Source of the DNA: Macrostomum hystrix
Lineage: Eukaryota > Animalia > Platyhelminthes
Direction of reading: 5' to 3'
Assembly: GCA_950097015.1 (NCBI GenBank)
Contig: CATNEN010000002.1
Span: 4,030,001 to 4,094,000 of the forward strand
DNA length: 64,000 bases
Numbering within the stretch: the first letter of the stretch is position 1; each line of letters opens with the position of its first letter. Below are positions 24,501-36,500 of this stretch, one piece after another. A model generated the notes under the pieces. That model was given only the letters and a program-made list of their open reading frames with translations. It ran no database searches and was not told where the DNA came from. Made by a program: the position numbers and the translations under genes.

Positions 24501-27500
24501 TAAATCCAGAAGTCCCAAACACAAGGATTCTAAATCCAGAAGTCCCAAACACTAGGATTCTAAATCCAGAAGTCCCAAACACTAGGATTCTAAATCCAGA
24601 AGTCCCAAACACTAGGATTCTAAATCCAGAAGTCCCAAACACTAGGATTCTAAATCCAGAAGTCCCAAACACTAGGATTCTAAATCCAGAAGTCCCAAAC
24701 ACTAGGATTCTAAATCCAGAAGTCCCAAACACTAGGATTCTAAATCCAGAAGTCCCAAACATTAGGATTCTAAATCCAGAAGTCCCAAACACTAGGATTC
24801 TAAATCCAGAAGTCCCAAACACTAGGATTCTAAATCCAGAAGTCCCAAACACTAGGATTCTAAATCCAGAAGTCCCAAACACTAGGATTCTAAATCCAGA
24901 AGTCCCAAACACTAGGATTCTAAATCCAGAAGTCCCAAACACTAGGATTCTAAATCCAGAAGTCCCAAACATTAGGATTCTAAATCCAGAAGTCCCAAAC
25001 ACTAGGATTCTAAATCCAGAAGTCCCAAACATTAGGATTCTAAATCCAGAAGTCCCAAACACTAGGATTCTAAATCCAGAAGTCCCAAACACTAGGATTC
25101 TAAATCCAGAAGTCCCAAACACTAGGATTCTAAATCCAGAAGTCCCAAACACAAGGATTCTAAATCCAGAAGTCCCAAACACTAGGATTCTAAATCCAGA
25201 AGTCCCAAACACTAGGATTCTAAATCCAGAAGTCCCAAACACTAGGATTCTAAATCCAGAAGTCCCAAACACTAGGATTCTAAATCCAGAAGTCCCAAAC
25301 ACTAGGATTCTAAATCCAGAAGTCCCAAACACTAGGATTCTAAATCCAGAAGTCCCAAACACTAGGATTCTAAATCCAGAAGTCCCAAACACTAGGATTC
25401 TAAATCCAGAAGTCCCAAACACTAGGATTCTAAATCCAGAAGTCCCAAACACTAGGATTCTAAATCCAGAAGTCCCAAACACTAGGATTCTAAATCCAGA
25501 AGTCCCAAACACTAGGATTCTAAATCCAGAAGTCCCAAACACTAGGATTCTAAATCCAGAAGTCCCAAACACTAGGATTCTAAATCCAGAAGTCCCAAAC
25601 ACTAGGATTCTAAATCCAGAAGTCCCAAACACTAGGATTCTAAATCCAGAAGTCCCAAACACTAGGATTCTAAATCCAGAAGTCCCAAACACTAAGGATT
25701 CTAAATCCAGAAGTCCCAAACACTAGGATTCTAAATCCAGAAGTCCCAAACACTAGGATTCTAAATCCAGAAGTCCCAAACACTAGGATTCTAAATCCAG
25801 AAGTCCCAAACACTAGGATTCTAAATCCAGAAGTCCCAAACACTAGGATTCTAAATCCAGAAGTCCCAAACACTAGGATTCTAAATCCAGAAGTCCCAAA
25901 CACTAGGATTCTAAATCCAGAAGTCCCAAACACTTAGGATTCTAAATCCAGAAGTCCCAAACACTAGGATTCTAAATCCAGAAGTCCCAAACACTAGGAT
26001 TCTAAATCCAGAAGTCCCAAACACTAGGATTCTAAATCCAGAAGTCCCAAACACTAGGATTCTAAATCCAGAAGTCCCAAACACTAGGATTCTAAATCCA
26101 GAAGTCCCAAACACTAGGATTCTAAATCCAGAAGTCCCAAACATTAGGATTCTAAATCCAGAAGTCCCAAACACTAGGATTCTAAATCCAGAAGTCCCAA
26201 ACATTAGGATTCTAAATCCAGAAGTCCCAAACACTAGGATTCTAAATCCAGAAGTCCCAAACACTAGGATTCTAAATCCAGAAGTCCCAAACACTAGGAT
26301 TCTAAATCCAGAAGTCCCAAACACTAGGATTCTAAATCCAGAAGTCCCAAACACTAGGATTCTAAATCCAGAAGTCCCAAACACTAGGATTCTAAATCCA
26401 GAAGTCCCAAACACTAGGATTCTAAATCCAGAAGTCCCAAACACTAGGATTCTAAATCCAGAAGTCCCAAACACTAGGATTCTAAATCCAGAAGTCCCAA
26501 ACACTAGGATTCTAAATCCAGAAGTCCCAAACATTAGGATTCTAAATCCAGAAGTCCCAAACACTAGGATTCTAAATCCAGAAGTCCCAAACACTAGGAT
26601 TCTAAATCCAGAAGTCCCAAACACTAGGATTCTAAATCCAGAAGTCCCAAACACTAGGATTCTAAATCCAGAAGTCCCAAACACTAGGATTCTAAATCCA
26701 GAAGTCCCAAACACTAGGATTCTAAATCCAGAAGTCCCAAACACTAGGATTCTAAATCCAGAAGTCCCAAACACTAGGATTCTAAATCCAGAAGTCCCAA
26801 ACATTAGGATTCTAAATCCAGGAGTCCCAAACACTAGGATTCTAAATCCAGAAGTCCCAAACACTAGGATTCTAAATCCAGAAGTCCCAAACACTAGGAT
26901 TCTAAATCCAGAAGTCCCAAACACTAGGATTCTAAATCCAGAAGTCCCAAACACTAGGATTCTAAATCCAGAAGTCCCAAACACTAGGATTCTAAATCCA
27001 GAAGTCCCAAACATTAGGATTCTAAATCCAGAAGTCCCAAACACTAGGATTCTAAATCCAGAAGTCCCAAACATTAGGATTCTAAATCCAGAAGTCCCAA
27101 ACACTAGGATTCTAAATCCAGAAGTCCCAAACACTAGGATTCTAAATCCAGAAGTCCCAAACACTAGGATTCTAAATCCAGAAGTCCCAAACACTAGGAT
27201 TCTAAATCCAGAAGTCCCAAACACTAGGATTCTAAATCCAGAAGTCCCAAACACTAGGATTCTAAATCCAGAAGTCCCAAACACTAGGATTCTAAATCCA
27301 GAAGTCCCAAACACTAGGATTCTAAATCCAGAAGTCCCAAACACTAGGATTCTAAATCCAGAAGTCCCAAACACTAGGATTCTAAATCCAGAAGTCCCAA
27401 ACATTAGGATTCTAAATCCAGAAGTCCCAAACACTAGGATTCTAAATCCAGAAGTCCCAAACACTAGGATTCTAAATCCAGAAGTCCCAAACACTAGGAT

Positions 27501-30500
27501 TCTAAATCCAGAAGTCCCAAACACTAGGATTCTAAATCCAGAAGTCCCAAACACTAGGATTCTAAATCCAGAAGTCCCAAACACTAGGATTCTAAATCCA
27601 GAAGTCCCAAACACTAGGATTCTAAATCCAGAAGTCCCAAACACAAGGATTCTAAATCCAGAAGTCCCAAACACTAGGATTCTAAATCCAGAAGTCCCAA
27701 ACACTAGGATTCTAAATCCAGAAGTCCCAAACACTAGGATTCTAAATCCAGAAGTCCCAAACACTAGGATTCTAAATCCAGAAGTCCCAAACACTAGGAT
27801 TCTAAATCCAGAAGTCCCAAACACTAGGATTCTAAATCCAGAAGTCCCAAACACTAGGATTCTAAATCCAGAAGTCCCAAACATTAGGATTCTAAATCCA
27901 GAAGTCCCAAACACTAGGATTCTAAATCCAGAAGTCCCAAACACTAGGATTCTAAATCCAGAAGTCCCAAACACTAGGATTCTAAATCCAGAAGTCCCAA
28001 ACACTAGGATTCTAAATCCAGAAGTCCCAAACACTAGGATTCTAAATCCAGAAGTCCCAAACACTAGGATTCTAAATCCAGAAGTCCCAAACATTAGGAT
28101 TCTAAATCCAGAAGTCCCAAACACTAGGATTCTAAATCCAGAAGTCCCAAACATTAGGATTCTAAATCCAGAAGTCCCAAACACTAGGATTCTAAATCCA
28201 GAAGTCCCAAACACTAGGATTCTAAATCCAGAAGTCCCAAACACTAGGATTCTAAATCCAGAAGTCCCAAACACTAGGATTCTAAATCCAGAAGTCCCAA
28301 ACACTAGGATTCTAAATCCAGAAGTCCCAAACACTAGGATTCTAAATCCAGAAGTCCCAAACACTGGGATTCTAAATCCAGAAGTCCCAAACACTAGGAT
28401 TCTAAATCCAGAAGTCCCAAACACTAGGATTCTAAATCCAGAAGTCCCAAACACTGGGATTCTAAATCCAGAAGTCCCAAACACTAGGATTCTAAATCTA
28501 GAAGTCCCAAACACTAGGATTCTAAATTCATAAGTCCCAAACATTAGGATTCTAAATCCAGAAGTCCCAAACACTGGGATTCTAAATCCAGAAGTCCCAA
28601 ACACTAGGATTCTAAATCCAGAAGTCCCAAACACTAGGATTCTAAATCCAGAAGTCCCAAACACTAGGATTCTAAATCCAGAAGTCCCAAACACTAGGAT
28701 TCTAAATCCAGAAGTCCCAAACACTAGGATTCTAAATTCATAAGTCCCAAACATTAGGATTCTAAATCCAGAAGTCCCAAACACTGGGATTCTAAATCCA
28801 GAAGTCCCAAACACTAGGATTCTAAATCCAGAAGTCCCAAACACTAGGATTCTAAATCCAGAAGTCCCAAACACTAGGATTCTAAATCCAGAAGTCCCAA
28901 ACACTAGGATTCTAAATCCAGAAGTCCCAAACACTAGGATTCTAAATCCAGAAGTCCCAAACACTAGGATTCTAAATCCAGAAGTCCCAAACACTAGGAT
29001 TCTAAATCCAGAAGTCCCAAACACTAGGATTCTAAATCCATAAGTCCCAAACGCCGTCAATCATTCTCCAGATGGACCGCAGCAGCGCCCAGCGAAAGCG
29101 CTTCTTCGACATGTTTAACTCGGCTCAGGCTTTCCTAGAAAGCGCCGAGTCGAGCCTCTCCATGCCCGATCCCGAGCCAGGCTCCGGAGATTCCATCGAG
29201 GACACCAGGGAGCGGCTCTGCGAACTGCTGGCCCTGACTGACCTGTTCGCCCAGCGCCAGTTCCAGCTGGATCGGCTCAGCGAGCTGGGGCAGGCCAGCT
29301 GGCTTGGAGAGGCCGATGTGGCCAGTGTTCGGCAGCTCAGTCAGCACTGGCAGAGTTTGCTAGCTCAGTGCCTGGACAGGAGCAAAGCGCTGCAGGCATC
29401 CGTGCTTGTGCAGGTCGGCGCTTCTTGTGTCTGCTAATGTCTATCCGCCCTCTACCATTCAACATCCGCCCTCTACCATTCAACACCCGCTCTCACAATT
29501 CAATATCCACCCTCTACCATTCAACATCCGCCCTCTACCATTCAACACCCGCTCTCACAATTCAATATCCACCCTCTACCATTTAACACCCGCTCTCTAC
29601 GAATTTGTATCCGCTCTCTAACATTCAACATCCGCCCTCTACGAATTTGAATCCGCCATCTACCATTTAACATCTGCGCTCTACAATTTAATTTCCTACC
29701 TCTACCATTCAACATCCACCCTGGACAAATTAACGTCCGCTATCTACCTTTTAACTTCCGCCCTCTTTGAATTTGTATCCGCCCTCTACCATTCAACATC
29801 CGCCCTCTACCATTTAACATCCGCCCTCTACCATTTAACATCCGCCCTCTACCATTCAACACCCGCTCTCTACAATTCAACATCCGCCCTCTATCATTCA
29901 ACATCCGCCCTCTACAATTCAACATCCGCCCTCTACAATTTAACATCCGCCCTCTATCATTCTGCATCCGCCCTCTACCCAGCAGCCAATTAAAATTCAG
30001 CTACCAAACCCCCAACCTGTCCGCTGCTGCAGGAGACCTTCTTAGACAAGCTGACTGAATGGCGCCGATTCCTGGACGCCGCCGAGCGAGACCTGTCGCC
30101 CTCCGGCGCCGCTGGCTCCACGCCTGCTGGTGGCGAGCCGGCCCTGCAGCGCCAGCAGGCCGCCCTTGACAGCTTCCTGCGCCGACTGCTCAGCCGCCAG
30201 CAGGTTCTGCAGGCCCTCCTAGCCGACGGTCGAGCCTACCTGCGTCGCTGCGCCGATCCAGAGATTCGAGCCAGCCTAGTTGAGAAGCTGGACTCGCTTG
30301 AGCGACAGTGGGACGCAGTGTGCGCCCAGGCCAGGCAGCGGAAGGCCTCCACTGACGCCTGGCTGGCCCAATGGCAGAGCTACGAGGCCCTGCTTGAAGG
30401 CATGCAGTCCTGGCTGGCTGACACGGAAGATCGGCTTGATCTGTGCCGGTTTAGTGTGGCTAGCGTGCAAAAGGTTTGTCAAGTCCGATATGTATCGAAA

Positions 30501-33500
30501 AAAGTTTTTGTATGTTTATGTATCGAAAAATATCCACCCGATATATATATAAAATCTGAAAGTCCACCCGATATGGTTTGACATTTTTAGATGTCAAAAA
30601 AATGAATTTTGACTTGAATTTCTCACTCCTGAGATGTATCGACAAACTTACCAACCGGCATTCTTCTAACCCTCCTAATTTAGGTTCGCATTCTAGCCGA
30701 GCAGCTCCGCCTGTGTCAGGCAACGGCCAAAGAGCGCTCAGAGTCTCACGCCCGCTGCCGCGACATGGCTCGCCAGCTAGCCGAGATGTCCGGCCAACCG
30801 GCTGTCCGAGCCGGCCTGGAGGCTCGCACGGCCGAGTTAGACGCCCGCTGGCAGGCAGTTAATCGCGGCTTAACCGAGCAACTCAGCCGACTGGAGAGCG
30901 TCTGCCAGCTTTGGACCGAGGCAGACGAAGGCGTGCGCGACTGTCTGGCTTGGCTGCGCGAGGTTCGCCTGTTTGCCGAGCGAGAGGCGCCAACAGCGTT
31001 TGACGCTCTGCAGGCTGAGGCGCAGCAGTGCAGGGTGAGTCAGCTCAGTGAAGTTAAAAGTACATTGCTATATGCTTTGGTAGGTCGTGGGTTCGAGTCT
31101 TTTTCATGATCGTTGCACTAATTTCTCACAAATCCATTTAAGATTTACAATCTGCGATATTCATTAATTCACATACATTAGGTCATAAGTTAAAATTCAA
31201 TTACAGACGAAAAACTGTAGACGATATGTATCGAAAAAAATATGTGTTTGCACTTAATTTACAATTAGCCTTTAGCATTAGCATTAGCTATTGCTAATCA
31301 TTCGACGATTGTGCTACATTTAAATGTATCAGTATAATTCACAGCTGTTTACAGTTGCTTTTTACTAACCATTTCCCTTCTCAGAAGGAATTTCTCGACC
31401 AGCTATACGTGAGTTTCTCAGCGCAGAACTGCTATGCTTCTATTAGCTTAGATTGTTGTTTTTTAGTTCCCTTTCTGTTTTTCTCATACTTTAATAAACG
31501 TACGTCAGATTTTCATAATTTTTTCTCTTTTTTAGCTACCTTTATATTATACATTTCTTAATAGACTTTCCTTTGCTGCATTCCACACGTTTTGCCACTT
31601 TCACCTACGCTCGTATGCATAGATTGATTATTACCATTTCCCGTACTTATCAATTTGATTATTTAGACAATGATTGGTGTTTTGCTATAAAAATTCCTTC
31701 TAGTTAATGATTTTACTTCCTTCTTTGAAAATCACTGCTGATAAAAAGTCCAACTTTTTTACCGAAAAAGTATTTCCTGTTTTTGTCTTTTCCTAAAATA
31801 AGTGCGCATCTACCTACTTACAGAGCATGCTTAAGTAGAAGCATAAACATTTTATCTTTAAAACTTTACAGGACTATTTAAAAACATTCGAATCAACTAG
31901 CGGCGTGCGAGATCGTCTGCGGGAGAAGGAGCGGAAGCTGAGAGAGCAAGTCAGCGCCGAGGACATCCAGCTGCTGCATCAGCGCACCCTCGTGCTAGAG
32001 AAGCTTTGGGACGAGTTGCATCACCGTCTGCTACTAAAAGAAGATCGATTGCGTCACGCCGTCAACGAGTGGCGTGAATTTAACGATAGGTTCGCTTTCG
32101 CCTACTATTAGTAGTGTTACGTTTTCTTAAAGAGATTTTACAATAATCTTAGTTACTTTTGTGTCGCAGATACGACCGACTTATGGAGTGGCTGGCTGGC
32201 ATGGAAGGCAAGATTAGCATCAGCGAGGACTACCAGGTCGAGGATCTGATGGACAGAATTGCTAGCGTGAGTTTTCAATATCTATTTTTACATTTTACCA
32301 TATTTTAACAAAAAAATTATGCACTTTAAGAATCCGTGACTAGCCCGATATGTATAGAAAAACCTAAGAATAAGCGATTGTTTAAGGCTTTTTTAATCAA
32401 ACCCAACGAAAAGGGCCACGGCTATGGGTTTAGAAAGCCCTAGATAGTTTGGTTATAATAAAAATAATAATTGTAGGAGAGCTGTGGGTAATAACACACA
32501 ATTTAGTGACACTAGACCCGCAGCCAGCGTGTCTGCGACCCCACCATGGGCCAGCCTCCAAATGAATGCGGCCTCGCCGCGGAATCGAGCTCAGGGACCT
32601 TGGTGCGAGAGGCAAACGCGTTAGACCGCTCTGCCACTCACCCCCAATAGAACAGTTGGTAAAAGTTTGCTGAACCCCAAACCAATTTCGCTGCCCTCAC
32701 CTATTGACTTTTCAAGGCATTAATTCTCGTCAGAATATTCAATTAAGGCAAGCTGGTCGGGCGTACAGGTAGGCTCAGGCCGCCTATTTAAAAATTCCAT
32801 CAACCGCTAGTTAAGCAAACTCACCCTGCTAGAAGCCATAAAAAAGTCTTGCAAGCGTTTTCCGCTAACCCACCCACCTTGAACTCACCACAGGAGTACA
32901 AGGCCGAGATGTCCGCCATGCAGTCGGCCTACAATGAGACTGTTGAGTCTGGCCGCTCCCTGCTGGCTGGCAGCTCGGAGGTTCGAGCCCGCGACATCCA
33001 GTTCAAGCTGCACCGATTGGCCGACCGCTGGCAGTCTGTCCACCTGGCTGCTACTGACCGACTCGAACAACTGCGGGACACCCTGGACTCTGTGCGTCAG
33101 CTGGAGCTGAGCATGCAGAAGCTGCGTGGCTGGCTGCTCACCACCGAGCGAGAGCTGCTCACTGGCCTGGTGTTTGAGGCCTGCGACTTCGCCGAGATTC
33201 AACGGAAAACTATGGCTCACCAGGTCTGGAGCCTTGCAGTGTGCTCAAAGTCAAGATAGTTTGAGCAGTTAGGATTGCAGTGTGCTCAACTTCAAGATAG
33301 TTTGAGCAGTTAGGACTGCAGTGTGCTCAAAGTCCGGATAGTTTGAGCAGTTAGGATTGCTGTGTGCTCAAATTCAAGATAGTTTAAATAGTTAGAATTG
33401 CAGTGTGCTCAAAGTCAAGTTAGTTTGAGCAGTTAGGATTGCAGTGTGCTCAACTTCAAGATAGTTTGAGCAGTTAGGACTGCAGTGTGCTCAAAGTCCG

Positions 33501-36500
33501 GATAGTTTGAGCAGTTAGGATTGCAGTGTGCTCAAATTCAAGGTTCATCGCCTTTGACTCCGCAGAAACTGCAATCGGAGATCGAGTCCCGAAGCGCCGG
33601 CATTCAGGCTGTCATCAACCTGTGCGAGCTGCTGATGTACGAGCGCGACGCCTGTCCCACAGAGCAGGAGCGGCTGGCCATTCAGCGGGCGATGCGCAGT
33701 CTGGAGCAACGCTGGCGCAGGATCTGTCAGCGTGCGGTCGAACGCCGCCTAGAGATTGAGGACACCTGGCGCTGCTGGCAGCAGATGCGGGACACGCTGC
33801 GTCAGCTGGAGGCCGCCGTATCCGAGCTCGAGACCGACCTGCTAGCGCTGCACCAGCGGGGCAACGACCATCTTGCTGACAGCGGCGAAGATCGCGATAA
33901 TGATGAGTTGGTCGAATTGCGCAAACGACTCGACGCGCTGATTGGCGAAGCTTCGGCGCTGTCGACCGAGCATCGAAAGCTGGCCAGTCTGGGCCGGACG
34001 GACACCCGTGGCGAGTCGCGAGCGCAGCTGGATCGACTGGACAGGCGGCTGGATTCGCTAGCCGGCCGCCTAGACGGACGGCAGCGTCGGCAACGCGGCG
34101 CCGGCGATATTCGACGCGGAATCGAAAGGCTGCGCGGCGAGCTGCGGCGAGCTCTGGACGACGCTGCGTCGGTTGGCGGCACCGGAAGTCAGACTCGCGA
34201 GATTCGAGCTCGTCTGGAGACCCAGCTTCACAAGCTCGACTATGTTGACAAGGTAGTTCAGCGTAATTTTTCTCTATTAAGTTTGTTTGTACTTTTTAAG
34301 TTCATGTGTACTTTAAAAGTGCTTGCGTACTTCAAAAGTACATGTGCACTAAAAAGTGCTTGTGTAATTTTAAAATACAGGTAAACTTTTAAAGTACGTT
34401 TCTTTTTCGGCTATCCAAGAGGAGAATTTTTTACAGGATCTTTTGTTTTATCCATAATTTTTAACTGCGGGTCCATTGTTCTGCAGGCGAACCGGTTCCT
34501 ACTGTCCGGCACGGAGTCCGGCGACCCGGCAGCCCTGGGCCAGGAGTTGGATCGACTCAACCGAGAGACTGCCGAACTGATGGCCCGACTGCGTGGTCGA
34601 CGAAGCAGCGGCGACGGAGAAGCACCTATGCAATCGCGAACTTCAGCAACAGCAGCTGCTGCTGCTGTCTCTGTGGCCGCAGTCGACACGGTCAGCGTCT
34701 ACAGCGACAGAACCGACGATCTGTTGATGGCTGCGGCCACTGGCACTAGCGCAAGTCGTCGCATCATCAGCTCGAGCTCCGATGCCAAACTTGATCGAGT
34801 CGAACGGATAGTCAACGATTTGGAGCGACTGCTAGACGAAGTTGACAATGATTTGGAGTTTGGCGAGGCCAGACTCAGAGCGACGCCAACTGCAGCAGAG
34901 GAGGCGGAACTCGTGGGCCCGGACACTTATGTGAGCCCTACTATTATTTTAGTATTTTTTACACATTTTTACAAAAAAAATTTATTAAGTTTTGCCTTCG
35001 TAGAATACTTATTGTACTATTAATGTACTTTGTGTCCTTTTAAAGTACTTTTGTACTTATAAAGTACTTTTGTACTCTTAAAGTACTTTGAATACCATTA
35101 AAGTACTTTTGTACTGTTTGTATCCTTAAAAAGCTATCCTTAGAACTATTTTAAAGAACTATTATTACTAATTTCTCTTAAGCTTACTATCACCGTTTTC
35201 GATTCCTTTTTCACTTTGAAAACTTCAAGAAGCGTCTTGGCTACAATCTACTAAGCAGTCATCAGCGTCATCATCAGCGTCGCAGTGCCAGCAGGTCGCC
35301 AGTTCGCTCGCACTTCACTGTGCAGGTCTGACTGGCTTCAACCCAGAAAATTTTCTCAGCTTATCCTTCTATTATACAAGCTATTTGTTACCTTACAGCG
35401 CCCCTGCTCTGACCAAGCAACGCTTGACACTTTCCTGATCTATTTATGTGAAGCTATCAACTCACGCTCTTTATGTACTGATTTCACATCGACAAAAATG
35501 CACTTTTCGTGGAAGCGCACAGCTGTCACATTATTCTGGTGTTAGCCGTGCATGCGCTGCTTACAAAAGCGGTAAAACTTTTCATTAGATGTTTTTTTAT
35601 TTGGCGTCCACTTAGTTTGGTAAAAAATGAATTAGTTCTAAAAGGCGGGTATAGATGGGGAACTTATTGCGTAGTTTATTATCGAAAGTAATAATTAGAA
35701 TAGTATTTTTACTGCGCCCTACTAAAAGTAGAGCAATGCGCAAATATTGCTACTATTTTGTCTGAAAAAATCCAGGCTCGCCTATTCACCGCCTGCCGGG
35801 CAAAAATCGACCGCGTTCGCGAACTGGAGCGCCGACTGCGCGAGATCGCCGGCGCCACTATTGACAACTCGGCCTCCGGAGAGGAGGAATCGCGTGCCTC
35901 GCGCGTCGTTGCCCGCTGGCGCCGTCTACTTGCCGAAGCCACTCAGCGCGACGCTCAACTTGCCGCTCGCACCGGCTCCGCTGCCACTCTGGAAAGAGAG
36001 GCTGAGCGAATGTCGGAGTGGCTGGCCTCCACCCTGCAGGAGCTTCAACGCACCACTACTGCGACCTCTTCGCCGACATCCGCAGCCGCCGCTGCTGCCG
36101 ACGAAACTGCCATCCAACTGGCCGGCTTTGAGACCTCCGCTAGACGCTTGAAAGAGCTGGTGGACCGGCTGGAGCGACACAAGTCCGCCGCAATGTCCCT
36201 GCAGCTTTGTCTTCGTCGGCCAGATCTCACGGAGCGTCAGCGCGGTCAGATCGCCGACTGCCTGTCCCTGTGGCGCCAGGCCTACGCCGAGGCGCGCCGC
36301 CGACATCGCCGACTGCAGGCCTCATTCGCCGGCTGCGACCAGCTGACCGATCGCCTGGCCGAGATCTCGCGTGGCATCGTCGAAGCTCGCCAGCTGGCCC
36401 TGGACAGCCGGCCGCGTCTGTCAGACTCGCCCAGTCAGCTGGCTGCCAAGGCGGCTGGCACGGCAGCCGCGGAGACCCGAGTGGCCAAGGCCACCGAGTT

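Noticed and set aside
23155-29060. CRISPR-like array (30-bp repeats with a GGATT-CTA-AATCC hairpin) and 854/1049-aa (GTSGFRILVF)n ORFs
   Set aside because: Units are head-to-tail with no unique spacers, there are no cas genes, and the array sits in a spliceosomal intron. The ORFs are stop-free satellite frames broken by 1-nt insertions.
35256-35325. Possible extra nesprin exon (QSSASSSASQCQQVASSLALHCA) splicing to 35729
   Set aside because: Frame-compatible, but the splice sites are weak, and the direct join 34930-35776 reproduces the recalled nesprin Y-x-x-L-x-x-x-C pattern without insertion. It could at most be a minor variant.
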